A stretch of 64,000 nucleotides of DNA. It comes from Candidatus Nomurabacteria bacterium (GTDB taxonomy: Bacteria > Patescibacteriota > Minisyncoccia > Phycocordibacterales > SBAW01). The notes beneath the pieces were generated by a model. That model searched no databases and was not told the origin of the DNA. It saw only the letters and a program-made list of their open reading frames with translations. Position 1 is the stretch's first letter; each line of letters opens with the position of its first letter. Location of the stretch: contig CALQZS010000001.1 in NCBI GenBank assembly GCA_943349945.1, positions 51,339 to 115,338 of the forward strand, in the 5' to 3' direction. Below are positions 47,822 to 57,826 of this stretch, piece after piece. The translations under genes were made by a program, and so were the position numbers.

Positions 47822-49138
47822 TTACCGCAGGGGCGGCTTGGCGGCCACGTCGCGTAGTGCTTGTATAAGCGACAAAGATTCAAAGTGCTTGGGCAGCTCT
47901 TGCTGCCAACTTGGCTTGGACGTATCGATGTCTGGCTCTATGCCACGACCCTCGACCGGCTGGTTGTCCTCGCGGAGCGTGATGTTGTTGACCAACAGCA
48001 GCGAGTACTTGGTGGGCGGGTCTATCATAGTTTGCAGTGGGTAGGTGTTTTCTACCGTCCCCCACCCGCGCGTTTTGGTGCCCACTACCACCCCAAGCTT
48101 AAATCGCTTAAACGCTGCGGTCGTAAGCTCGGCCGTGGACTGAGTATTGCCATCGGTCAAAAGCGCAATGTCGCCATAGCGCTCGAGTCTATCAAATTTC
48201 TGCAGCACCGTGCGCTGCACCGCGTACTCGCCCTGATGAAAAAGGTCGAACGCGTACTGGTCTTTGCCTATAAACAGCCCGAGGAAGTATTGCGTAAAGT
48301 CCAAAGAGCCGCCCACGTTGCCGCGCAGGTCGAGTATCATACTGTCGAGCCCGGGCGTCGTGGACGCCGCCTCCACAGCCATACCAAACTCCTGCAGCGT
48401 GGTAGGAGATATTTTAGTCAAATTGACGTACAGGGTTTTACCCAACACACGGGTAAAGGCGGTCGGCTCTACTTTATGTTCGTCGTAGAGCGCCTTGCTC
48501 CCCGGCGCGGTCAACACCTCTTTTGCATAGGCAATCTTTTTAAGTTCCTCGGCTGCTTCGGGTGCGGCACTGCTTTTGAGTATCGCTTCTTTGCTTGCTG
48601 CGGCGGCCGCCACTTGTTCTGCACTTGCGCCCGCACTAAGCCCCAAGTCGCTATAGAGGTCTTTGGTTGGGTTTACGTTTGCGACATTTTGACGAAGTTC
48701 TTTTTCTTGCGCATCCGACAACAAGCCGCTGCGCCCGTTGGGCGGCAAGTTGTAGAGCACCACAATCAACACGTTGCGCGCCAAGTCTTGTTTGGCCAGG
48801 GTGCTGGTTGCAGCCCCCGCGGCCTCTGCAAGCAACGCCGCCACACCACTGCGGTCTGGCGAGGCAAGTTGTGGCGAGGATGTTGCGTTGGTCGCCTTTT
48901 GTACTGCAAGTTGGAAGAGCTGTGCCAAGTCTTTGTCTTCTGCCTTCATCCAAAAGTTTTGCTGCAGCGTGTCGTACCCTTCCATCATAAAGCGCACATA
49001 CACATCAGCTTCATGCGGTGTTTTGTATGCAGCCTCTGGGGTAGCTGGCGCATATATATAGAAGTAGTATGCCGCCCCGCCTGCAAGCAGCGCCGCCACA
49101 CACGCCACCGCCGTAAGTTTTTTTCGCCACGCGCGCAT
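47822..49138 (-). CDS. S41-family C-terminal processing peptidase
   Basis: MILDLRGNVGGSLD and the catalytic-region motifs. N-terminal anchor. Confidence 0.8.
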   Translation of the reverse strand: MRAWRKKLTAVACVAALLAGGAAYYFYIYAPATPEAAYKTPHEADVYVRFMMEGYDTLQQNFWMKAEDKDLAQLFQLAVQKATNATSSPQLASPDRSGVAALLAEAAGAATSTLAKQDLARNVLIVVLYNLPPNGRSGLLSDAQEKELRQNVANVNPTKDLYSDLGLSAGASAEQVAAAAASKEAILKSSAAPEAAEELKKIAYAKEVLTAPGSKALYDEHKVEPTAFTRVLGKTLYVNLTKISPTTLQEFGMAVEAASTTPGLDSMILDLRGNVGGSLDFTQYFLGLFIGKDQYAFDLFHQGEYAVQRTVLQKFDRLERYGDIALLTDGNTQSTAELTTAAFKRFKLGVVVGTKTRGWGTVENTYPLQTMIDPPTKYSLLLVNNITLREDNQPVEGRGIEPDIDTSKPSWQQELPKHFESLSLIQALRDVAAKPPLR

Positions 49139-49177
49139 AATACAAAATAGTATACACCCTGCTATACTGGCACCGTA

Positions 49178-50284
49178 ATGCAGGCCCTGTTTGCAACACT
49201 GTTGTGTATATCGTTTTTACTGCCCAGCACGGCGCTGGCGCAAAACGAGGTGGTACTTGATGTGCACGCTATATATAAAGCGCGCGTCACCGCGGTAGCC
49301 GACCAACAAACCATCACCCTACCCGGCACACAAACCACAGCACAGGTGCAGACACTCACCGCACAGCTGCTCGAGGGTCCGCACAAAGGCACCGAAGTGG
49401 TGTTTGAGAACGACTACACACAGCTTGCGCTGGGCGACAAGTTTTATCTGCGCCACATCACCAACGACCTAGACCAAACATCCTTCTATAGCGTCGCCGA
49501 CCCAGACCGCCTGCCCGTGTTGGCAATACTGTTGGCGCTGTTTATATTTTTGATTTTTATCTTTGGCGGCATCCAAGGTGTGCGCGGGCTTGCAAGCCTG
49601 TGCGGCAGCATACTGCTTATTTTCTATCTGTTGCTGCCGGGCATCTATGACGGCTACTCACCCATACTCGTGAGCATAGGTGTTGCGTCGCTGATTATTG
49701 TGGTGGGCTCATACATCACCCACGGGTTTAACAAAACTACCTCTGCTGCGGTGTTGGGGATGCTCGGCACCGTATGCATCACCGGCGTGGCCGCATACGT
49801 GGCGATGGACGCGGCCAACTTGAGCGGTTTTACTTCGGACGAAAGCGTATACCTTAACTTCGACACAGGCGGCAACATAAGCATGGTGGGCCTGCTCTTT
49901 GGCGGCATCATGATAGGTCTGTTGGGCGTGTTGTATGACATGGCCATAGGTCAAGCTGTGGCCGTAGAAGAATTATTTGCCGCAGGTAGCCTCACCCCGG
50001 CAGAGGTGTACCGCCGGGCGATACGCATCGGGCGCGAGCATATTGGCGCGTTGGTAAACACACTAGCCATTGCCTACGTGGGTGCGGCGCTGCCCTTGCT
50101 GCTGTTGCTCCAAAGCTCCGACAACAGCATGCTGTTTATACTCAACAAAGAAGTCTTTGCCACCGAGATAGTGCGCATCTTAATAGGCAGCATCGGGCTC
50201 ATCTTGGCGGTCCCTATAACCACAGCTATAGCCGCGTTTGTGTTGGTGGGCAAACCGCGCGGCGCACACGCACACAAACACTAG
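49178..50284 (+). CDS. YibE/F-family membrane protein
   Basis: Signal peptide, an extracellular domain, then a polytopic YibE/F-like region. Confidence 0.65.
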   Translation: MQALFATLLCISFLLPSTALAQNEVVLDVHAIYKARVTAVADQQTITLPGTQTTAQVQTLTAQLLEGPHKGTEVVFENDYTQLALGDKFYLRHITNDLDQTSFYSVADPDRLPVLAILLALFIFLIFIFGGIQGVRGLASLCGSILLIFYLLLPGIYDGYSPILVSIGVASLIIVVGSYITHGFNKTTSAAVLGMLGTVCITGVAAYVAMDAANLSGFTSDESVYLNFDTGGNISMVGLLFGGIMIGLLGVLYDMAIGQAVAVEELFAAGSLTPAEVYRRAIRIGREHIGALVNTLAIAYVGAALPLLLLLQSSDNSMLFILNKEVFATEIVRILIGSIGLILAVPITTAIAAFVLVGKPRGAHAHKH

Positions 50285-50285
50285 C

Positions 50286-51005
50286 CTAGTGCCCGGCCAA
50301 ACGTATCACCACAAAGAGTACTGCTGCGCCAAAAATAGTCATCGCTGTTGTCCAAAACGCCGGATGCGCATGATGGCTTTCGGGCACCAACTCGGATGCG
50401 CCAATATAGAGGAAGAATCCCGAAAAGAGCGCGAGCAGTACAGCTAGCGTCCCCTCGCTAACCGAAAAGAAGAATGTAGATACGATACCGAGCATGGGCG
50501 CTGTGCCGTTTATAGCCAGCCACCGCAGCGCACGCAAGCGTTCGCCCCCGTGGCGAATGATGGCGTTGACTGTGTTGATACCGTCAGAAAATCCGTGTGC
50601 CAACACCGCGATACCAACCACTATGCCGGCCTCCAGCGACAACTGCGACGCTAGCCCCACACCCACACCATCCAAAAAGCTGTGTACCGAAAACGAGCCC
50701 GCCCGCATCTGCCCGCGCGACGGCGCATGATGCTCGGCGTCGGCATGGTTGTGCAACACCAGCACACGGTCGAGCAGCAAGTAGACCAAAAATCCAACTG
50801 CCACCAAAGACACGATGGTGTGCACCTCAAACCCGTGACCCATTTCAATCGCCTCGGGGATAAGATCAAAAAAAGCGACCGCAATAACCGCGCCAGCACC
50901 AAAGCCCAAAATCAAATGCAGCCTGTCGCGCAGCCGCAGCGCAAACAACCCCCCAAGCATCGTCGACGCAAACGCCGCAACTCCAACCAACAACATAGTA
51001 CTCAT
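50286..51005 (-). CDS. zupT: ZIP-family zinc transporter ZupT
   Basis: HNHADAEHH loop and LAHGFSDG. Start taken at MSTMLLVG. Confidence 0.85.
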   Translation of the reverse strand: MSTMLLVGVAAFASTMLGGLFALRLRDRLHLILGFGAGAVIAVAFFDLIPEAIEMGHGFEVHTIVSLVAVGFLVYLLLDRVLVLHNHADAEHHAPSRGQMRAGSFSVHSFLDGVGVGLASQLSLEAGIVVGIAVLAHGFSDGINTVNAIIRHGGERLRALRWLAINGTAPMLGIVSTFFFSVSEGTLAVLLALFSGFFLYIGASELVPESHHAHPAFWTTAMTIFGAAVLFVVIRLAGH

Positions 51006-51105
51006 GGTTAGAATATACACCCATGCACACATAATCGCATAATTGATTGACAAAAAGTATTTTTCGTACTATTATTAAAGAGATCGATCTTTGGAGAACT
51101 TGGAA

Positions 51106-51405
51106 ATGCACTATGTTGTAGTTTTACTGCTCGTGTTACTCACCGGCTGCTCCTTGGAGACCAGCGTGGTGGGTACCAGGCCCTCGCATAGCCCCTCGTA
51201 CGGCTACGTCTACCCTGGATGGGAACAGCCTGGCGTCTGGGTGGCACCAGGATACAGCTATCGTCCACCGAGGCATCACTATTACAAGCCGCCAAGATAC
51301 TATCATTCACCACAGCGGTACCGTCGGCCACACTACTACCACTCACCAGGGCACCGGCCGCAGCAATACCAGAGGCCACACTACCGGCCGTGGAGACACC
51401 ACTAG
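51106..51405 (+). CDS. lipoprotein with Tyr/His/Pro/Arg-rich low-complexity C-terminus
   Basis: Lipobox LLTGC, followed by PRHHYYKPPRYYHSP-like repeats. Divergent from zupT. Confidence 0.5.
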   Translation: MHYVVVLLLVLLTGCSLETSVVGTRPSHSPSYGYVYPGWEQPGVWVAPGYSYRPPRHHYYKPPRYYHSPQRYRRPHYYHSPGHRPQQYQRPHYRPWRHH

Positions 51406-51410
51406 ACCAC

Positions 51411-51441
51411 AGCGAGCACTTCGGTGCTCGCTCTTTTTTTA
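51411..51441 (+). terminator. rho-independent terminator (agcgagcac ttcg gtgctcgct + T9)
   Basis: Perfect 9-bp GC-rich stem followed by tttttttta. Confidence 0.85.
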
Positions 51442-52290
51442 TTTAGGAAAAATATCGGTCAACTCGGCCGAGTTATAAAAACTCTCCCCCAGCTGGCCGT
51501 AGGTGTAGCGCACACCGCCTATCACAATGCCGGCGCCGCCCACCGCAGGAGCCGCATGCGGATTAGAATTTTGGAATCCGATATTAAACAAGGTCACCAC
51601 CACACCCGGACTATTTGCAATAGAAAATCCCGCACGCTGCCACTGTGTCTGTATCTCTTTTATATATAGAGCAGTATAGAGGTATGAGTAGTAGTGGTCT
51701 TTTGGATTGGTCAGACGGTTATACAACTCGGCCTTTTGGTCGACACCCGGCGGGTAGGTAATAAGCTGCCGCATCCCTGCGCCCGGATAAAACGGCGACG
51801 TGGTACTTGCCGCATGTAGCTCTATCTCCTCTGCGGTCTCTTGCTTGATGCCCGATACCCCTAAAGAGAATTGCGAAAGCGAGCCCAAAATCTTGAGCGG
51901 CTCGAAGTAGCGTTTAAATACCTCGCGCTCTGCCGTAAAAAACCGCAGCTGCTCGGGCACTGCAGCGGCGGCTATCAGCCGCGCGGGCACACCTGTTTGC
52001 ATACTGACTTTCGCTATCACCTCTTGGTCTTTGATAAGCCCGCCCTTAATAGTCTCCCACTGTGGAGTCTCCTTCCAGTCGCAGGCAGGCTGTCCGTCGA
52101 TGCAGTCGGGCACGTCTTCTGCCAACACGGTACTTTGCCCCTGCATAAAAAAAGCGTTGCGCTCTAAACTGGAGCCCCGCACATTCAACAAGTCAAAACG
52201 CATCGCCACAAACACCGCCACAAAGAGCACGCCCACCAGCGCAAAAAGCCCCACCACACCCAAAAAGCTGTACCACAAAAAATTCCGCAT
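51439..52290 (-). CDS. hypothetical membrane-anchored protein
   Basis: N-terminal TM segment. 283 aa with no recognised motif. Confidence 0.5.
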   Translation of the reverse strand: MRNFLWYSFLGVVGLFALVGVLFVAVFVAMRFDLLNVRGSSLERNAFFMQGQSTVLAEDVPDCIDGQPACDWKETPQWETIKGGLIKDQEVIAKVSMQTGVPARLIAAAAVPEQLRFFTAEREVFKRYFEPLKILGSLSQFSLGVSGIKQETAEEIELHAASTTSPFYPGAGMRQLITYPPGVDQKAELYNRLTNPKDHYYSYLYTALYIKEIQTQWQRAGFSIANSPGVVVTLFNIGFQNSNPHAAPAVGGAGIVIGGVRYTYGQLGESFYNSAELTDIFPK

Positions 52291-52361
52291 CTGCGTATAG
52301 TATTCTATTTTTTACAAAATCAGAAACTTTTCCCTTTAAAATAACGGACCAGGTCAGGTTA

Positions 52362-52389
52362 TTGACAAAGCTGGTAGATTTGTTATAAT
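52362..52389 (+). promoter_or_regulatory. consensus sigma70-like promoter (TTGACA -16 nt- TATAAT) upstream of the MFP/RND operon
   Basis: ttgaca at 52362-52367 and tataat at 52384-52389, 8 nt before the ATG region. Confidence 0.55.
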
Positions 52390-52397
52390 TAAGTTAT

Positions 52398-53987
52398 ATG
52401 GATATACGTTCAGTACGGGCTCGGGCGGGTGCTTTTTTTGTGTCTATGCGCACTAAAGTAGTTGTACTTTGGGCAGGGTACCGCGCACGGCCACTGTGGC
52501 AGCAGGGACTTTTGGCACTTGTAGCACTTGCACTGCTCTGGGGCCTTTTTTCTTTTTTTACGACAAGCCCGACTGTAGAGTCTGCAAACAAACCTCGCGC
52601 CGTGGCGCTTGCTAGTGTGGGCGAGTTAAACGGCGGCTCAGTCGGCGGCAACTTCATAGGCACCGTGCGCTCAATAACCGAGGCAAATATTTTGGCACAA
52701 AGCGGCGGCACGGTGCGCGCAGTGCACGCTAGCTTGGGCAGATACATCCCTGCTGGATTTATCATTGCCGAACTCGACAATGCATCCGAGCGCGCAGCGG
52801 TGCTCCAAGCAGAAGGTTCGTACGAAGCAGCACTTGCCGCACGCACTGTGGCACAGCAGCAAGCACAAAACACCAACCAATCTTTGACCGAGGCTGCGGT
52901 GTCTGCACGCAACACCTACCGCAGCAGCTACACCACGCTCGACATCACGCTCAACACCTATGTCGATACTTTTTTTGGCTCCGCAACTTCGTTCGGGCCA
53001 AAGCTTCTTATTAACCCAGACTTGGGGCCTTACTACACCCTACCTAAAGCGCGCCGCGAAATAACCGACCAGATGCGCGATTGGAAAAATGCACTAGGCA
53101 CCGCACAAACACGCGACCCAGAAACACTGCTTGCAGAGGCCGAGGTGGTGGCACGCAGCATCTCTGACTTGCTGGTCAAGCTGGGTAGCGCAGCCAACCG
53201 CCGCGACTCTGGAGCTAACGCAACACAACTAAGCGCACTCGCCACAGCACAAACTACCGTCGATGCACAACTAACCGCGCTCTCCACCGCGCGCAGCTCA
53301 TACCGTGCCGCAGCAACTGCAGCCGCAGTGGGCAAAACACAAACCGAGTCTGGCACCGCCACAGCCAGCGCCGACGCCGCAGTCAAACAAGCACTGGGGG
53401 CGCTGCGCGGTGCACAAGCAAATTTTGAAAAAACAGTAGTCCGCGCACCCCTGGCCGGCACGATAAACTTCTTGCCGCTTCGCGTGGGCGACTATGTTAC
53501 CTCGTTTACCCATGTCGCAACGGTGGCACAAAACGGCGCGCTCGAGGTAGTTACCTATGTCTCGCAAGCCGACCGCGACTTACTCTCTGTGGGAGCCAAA
53601 GTAACTCTCGACGGGGCACCCGGCACTGTTACCTCCATTGCCCCAGCACTCGACCCCGTGCGCAAACAAATTGAGGTACGCATCGCCGCAGCAGCAGGCA
53701 GCACATTGGTCAACGGCCAGTCGGTGCAGGTACGCTTGGCGAGCGCTACCCCAAGCCCCACCACCAGCAAAGGTCCCACAACCCTTCCCCTCTCGGCAGT
53801 CAAACTCCTCACCGACAAGCGCATCGTGTTTGTGGTCGAGGATGGCCGCCTTGTAGCACAAGAAGTCGAGGTGGGCGAAGTACGCGGTGACCGCATCGAG
53901 ATAGTCAGTCCGCTTGCTGCCGACTTGCGCATTGTTGTAGACGCACGCGGCTTGGTCGACGGCGAAAAGGTAGTAACCCTCCCCTAA
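52398..53987 (+). CDS. efflux transporter periplasmic adaptor (membrane fusion protein)
   Basis: Anchor, coiled coil, and barrel-sandwich motif (VVRAPLAGTINFLPLRVGDYV). Confidence 0.75.
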   Translation: MDIRSVRARAGAFFVSMRTKVVVLWAGYRARPLWQQGLLALVALALLWGLFSFFTTSPTVESANKPRAVALASVGELNGGSVGGNFIGTVRSITEANILAQSGGTVRAVHASLGRYIPAGFIIAELDNASERAAVLQAEGSYEAALAARTVAQQQAQNTNQSLTEAAVSARNTYRSSYTTLDITLNTYVDTFFGSATSFGPKLLINPDLGPYYTLPKARREITDQMRDWKNALGTAQTRDPETLLAEAEVVARSISDLLVKLGSAANRRDSGANATQLSALATAQTTVDAQLTALSTARSSYRAAATAAAVGKTQTESGTATASADAAVKQALGALRGAQANFEKTVVRAPLAGTINFLPLRVGDYVTSFTHVATVAQNGALEVVTYVSQADRDLLSVGAKVTLDGAPGTVTSIAPALDPVRKQIEVRIAAAAGSTLVNGQSVQVRLASATPSPTTSKGPTTLPLSAVKLLTDKRIVFVVEDGRLVAQEVEVGEVRGDRIEIVSPLAADLRIVVDARGLVDGEKVVTLP

Positions 53988-53990
53988 CAT

Positions 53991-56900
53991 ATGACAAAAT
54001 TCTGGGTATTTTTTATTACCAAACACAACTTCACCATTTTGCTTGGTGTGGTGCTTATGGCGGCGGGCGTCTATACGGCCATTGCTATACCCAAAGAATC
54101 TTCTCCTGAGATCCAGATACCAATAGGGATCATCACCACCGTACTACCCGGCGCCTCGAGCGAAGACGTGGAGCGCCTTATCACCAACAAAGTCGAGGAC
54201 CGCGTACTTGGCGTCGAGAATGTATCCAAAGTTACCTCCACCTCGGGCGACGGTGTGTCGTCTATTACCGTCGAGTTTACCGCTTCGGCCAACATCGACA
54301 AATCTATCCAGCTCCTTAAAGACGAGGTAGACAAAGTTAAAGCAGAGTTGCCCGCCGAAGCCGAAGACCCAAGCGTCACCGACGTAAACTTTGCCGACCA
54401 GCCTATACTCATCGCCTCAATCTCGGGTGACTTGAGCCCCGCCGAGCTGACGACGTTGGGCGAAAGCGTTAAAGACGAACTAGAGCGTGTAGGCGGCGTG
54501 TCGTCTGTGTCGCTCTCGGGTGTGCGTGCCCGCCAAGTAACAGTGGTCGTCGAGCAAACAAAGTTGCGCCAGTACGGACTTACCTTGTCCGAGGTAACCG
54601 CCGCTATACGCGCCTCGGGCGTTGCATCGCCGCTTGGCTCTATCACGGTCAACAATATTTCTTATGCTGTCCGTCTTGAAGCGGGCGTGGGCGACACCTC
54701 GGACGTTGCCAACATTTCTTTTGTATCTAAAAGCGGCGCAGTGGTGCATGTGCGCGATGTCGCAAACGTCATAGACGGACTCGAAGACGCGCGCACCTAT
54801 TCGCGTGTGTCGGTCGAGGGCGCACCTTCATCCCCCGCACTTAGCTTGTCTGTGTTTAAAAGCCGCGGCGGAAACATAGTCGAGACAGGAGACGCAATCA
54901 AAGCCAAACTTGCCGAGCTCGAGAGCGGCCCCTTGGCAGGCACCAAAACAGTCATCTCCTACGACGCCGCTAAAGATGTGCAAAAAGACCTCACAGAGCT
55001 GACCCGTGTCGGGCTCGAGACTGTGGCGCTCGTGATGTTGATGCTGTTTTTGACCTTGGGCTGGCGCGAGTCTGTGGCTGCGGCACTGTCCATCCCCCTT
55101 TCTTTCCTTATTGCATTCATTGGTATATACGCCTCGGGCAACACCATAAACTTTATTTCTTTGTTCTCGCTTATTTTAGCCATCGGCATTTTGGTCGACT
55201 CCGGCATCGTAGTGGTCGAGGCGATACACACCCGTTTTGTCGAGCTACGCAACAAAAAAGAGGCTGCCGTGCTTGCGATACGTGAGTACGCTTGGCCGCT
55301 TATTGCCGGCACCTTTACCACCATAGCGGTGTTTGTACCGCTCTTCTTCCTCTCGGGCATTGTCGGCAAGTTTTTGGCCTCTATTCCGTTTACGGTTATC
55401 TTTGTGCTGCTTGCATCCATTTTGGTTGCGCTGGGTTTTGTGCCGCTTATTGCGCTTTACATTATCCGCCCGACCCTTTCACCTTTGGAGATTAAACAAG
55501 AGGAGTACAACGTACGCGCTAAACAATGGTACGAAGCATTTTTGCGCCGCATACTAGGGAACCGCAAAAACGAAAACCGCTTTTTGGCTGGTATAGTTCT
55601 GCTCTTTTTTATCGCCCTATCGCTCCCGGCCATTGGCGCGGTCAAGGTAGTCTTCTTCCCCGCAGAAAACGGCAACTTGGTTACTATCGAAGTTGAGAAG
55701 CCACAAGGCAGCACCCTTGCCGACACCGACTTGGCCGTGCGCGAAGTCGAAGAGGTGCTCTATGCCGACACCCGCATTGACTCGTTTGTAACCGAAGTAG
55801 GTAGCGGTAGCTCGTTTGCACAAAGTGGCCTCTCGGGTAGCCGCGCGGGCAACATCACCATAAACCTCGACCCAGATAAAAAAGAAACGAGCGCCGACAT
55901 CGTAGTCGACCTACGCCAAAAGCTTGACCCTATAACCTCGGCGCGCATCAGTGTGTCGGAACCTGCAGGCGGCCCACCAACCGCCGCAGCAGTAAGCATC
56001 ACACTGCAAGGCGACGACTTGGGTAGTTTGACCGCAGCCGTTACAAACGCGCAGCGCATTTTGGCAGACACTCCAGGCACCACAAACATCAACACTTCTA
56101 TGCGCGACAACAGCGCCGAGTTTGTGGTGTCGCTCGACACCGCACGCGCAGCCGAGCTGGGCGTGTCGCCCTTGGCCGTAGCCGACGTCTTGCGCACCGC
56201 GCTGTACGGCGCTAAAGCCACCGACATCCGCGGCGAAACAGATATAGAAGTCCGCACCAAACTCGACCTTAACCCTGCATACACCGACCCGTCTGAAACC
56301 ACGCACGTATCCATAGATGCAGTCCGCGAATTGAGCATCGCCGGAGCGCGCGGCCCCGTGCCACTTTCGAGCATCGCTACCATTTCCTACGAGCCTGCCA
56401 ACACCATCATCCGCCACGAAGACGGTACGCGCGTTGCAACACTCACCGCCGACGCAGCCGCAGGCGCCAACCCAATTGAAATAACCAACGCCTTCCGCAA
56501 AAACATGGAAGAGGTGCAGCTCCCCGAGGGAGTTGTGATGAAAATCGGCGGCGAGAGCGAAGACGTTAACCAGTCCTTTGCCGAAATGGGGCTCGCCCTC
56601 TTGGCAGGTGCGGCGTTGATGCTTGGAATATTGGTGTTGGAGTTTAACTCATTCCGCCACTCACTGTACCTGCTCTCTATAATCCCCTTCTCGCTTATTG
56701 GCGTATTGGTAGGGCTTATGCTCACTGGCTCGCCGCTTTCACTTCCGTCAATGCTCGGCGTTATTGCGCTTGCAGGCGTCATCATCAACCACGCCATTAT
56801 TTTGATGGACTCCATTGCCCGTATCAGCAAACAAAACCCAGGGCAAAGTTTGACCGACGTGGTGGTAACCGCATCCGCAAGCCGCTTCCGCCCCATATTG

Positions 56901-57092
56901 CTCACCACCGCCACCACTGTTGTGGGCATGATCCCGCTTTCGTTTGCATCGGCCATTTGGGGCCCGTTGGCATTCTCTATTATGTTTGGACTTGCCTTCT
57001 CTATGTTGCTCACACTGGTGCTTATACCTGTGCTCTATCACCGCTGGCCAGGCAAAGCTGTACGCGACCAGTTTGCTTCAACCACAAACTAA
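53991..57092 (+). CDS. RND-family efflux permease (AcrB-like)
   Basis: 1033 aa with 12 TM helices and two large loops. Conserved RND TM4/TM10 regions. Confidence 0.9.
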   Translation: MTKFWVFFITKHNFTILLGVVLMAAGVYTAIAIPKESSPEIQIPIGIITTVLPGASSEDVERLITNKVEDRVLGVENVSKVTSTSGDGVSSITVEFTASANIDKSIQLLKDEVDKVKAELPAEAEDPSVTDVNFADQPILIASISGDLSPAELTTLGESVKDELERVGGVSSVSLSGVRARQVTVVVEQTKLRQYGLTLSEVTAAIRASGVASPLGSITVNNISYAVRLEAGVGDTSDVANISFVSKSGAVVHVRDVANVIDGLEDARTYSRVSVEGAPSSPALSLSVFKSRGGNIVETGDAIKAKLAELESGPLAGTKTVISYDAAKDVQKDLTELTRVGLETVALVMLMLFLTLGWRESVAAALSIPLSFLIAFIGIYASGNTINFISLFSLILAIGILVDSGIVVVEAIHTRFVELRNKKEAAVLAIREYAWPLIAGTFTTIAVFVPLFFLSGIVGKFLASIPFTVIFVLLASILVALGFVPLIALYIIRPTLSPLEIKQEEYNVRAKQWYEAFLRRILGNRKNENRFLAGIVLLFFIALSLPAIGAVKVVFFPAENGNLVTIEVEKPQGSTLADTDLAVREVEEVLYADTRIDSFVTEVGSGSSFAQSGLSGSRAGNITINLDPDKKETSADIVVDLRQKLDPITSARISVSEPAGGPPTAAAVSITLQGDDLGSLTAAVTNAQRILADTPGTTNINTSMRDNSAEFVVSLDTARAAELGVSPLAVADVLRTALYGAKATDIRGETDIEVRTKLDLNPAYTDPSETTHVSIDAVRELSIAGARGPVPLSSIATISYEPANTIIRHEDGTRVATLTADAAAGANPIEITNAFRKNMEEVQLPEGVVMKIGGESEDVNQSFAEMGLALLAGAALMLGILVLEFNSFRHSLYLLSIIPFSLIGVLVGLMLTGSPLSLPSMLGVIALAGVIINHAIILMDSIARISKQNPGQSLTDVVVTASASRFRPILLTTATTVVGMIPLSFASAIWGPLAFSIMFGLAFSMLLTLVLIPVLYHRWPGKAVRDQFASTTN

Positions 57093-57802
57093 AGTCCTAC
57101 AACACCAAAAAGCTTTCCGACGCCGAATGTAATAATCATCGCCAAAGCGCCGCCCGCAATGTTGCGCAGTGTTGCTGTTTTTTTGTCCGCACCACCCACG
57201 TGTGCGCTCAAGCTCCCGGTGATAGCTAGCGCTACAAGTACTCCGGCAAAAATCGCCGGTACACGCATATACTCGGGTGTAAATACCATAGCCAGCGGTA
57301 TAATGCCGCCCACTAAAAATGATGCTGCGGAAGCATACGCCGCATGCCACGGGTTGGTTAGATCGTGTGGGTCGATACCCAACTCCGCGTCCACGTGCGC
57401 TGCGAATGCGTCTTTTGCCGTAAGCTCACGCGCGACCACGTGCGCTGTTTCGCTCGAGAGTCCCTTTTTTTGATAAATATCTGCAAGCTCCTCGAGCTCT
57501 TGTTCGGGATAATTTTCTAGTTCAAACCGCTCTTTTTGCAAGAGCGCTTTTTCGGTATCACGTTGTGTACTGACCGAGACATATTCCCCCACAGCCATAG
57601 ACAACGCGCCTCCCACAAGCGCCGCAACGCCTGCCGTCAAAATAAAATTCACATCCGCGGCAGCACCCGCCACACCCACCACCACTGCCGCCACCGACAC
57701 GATGCCGTCGTTAGCACCAAGTACGGCTGCGCGCAGCCAGTTAAGTTGTGAGCTATCAGTGCCGGTGTGCCATTCTGGATGAGCGTTTAGATGTGGTTGC
57801 AT
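57089..57802 (-). CDS. VIT1/CCC1-family iron/manganese transporter
   Basis: LRAAVLGANDGIVS signature. Confidence 0.8.
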   Translation of the reverse strand: MQPHLNAHPEWHTGTDSSQLNWLRAAVLGANDGIVSVAAVVVGVAGAAADVNFILTAGVAALVGGALSMAVGEYVSVSTQRDTEKALLQKERFELENYPEQELEELADIYQKKGLSSETAHVVARELTAKDAFAAHVDAELGIDPHDLTNPWHAAYASAASFLVGGIIPLAMVFTPEYMRVPAIFAGVLVALAITGSLSAHVGGADKKTATLRNIAGGALAMIITFGVGKLFGVVGL

Positions 57803-57826
57803 ATACCCAAGTAGTATAGCAAACGT

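Noticed and set aside
47822-49138. J-domain-like segment (DLYSDLGLSAG...) inside the S41 peptidase
   Set aside because: There is no HPD tripeptide. The similarity is superficial.
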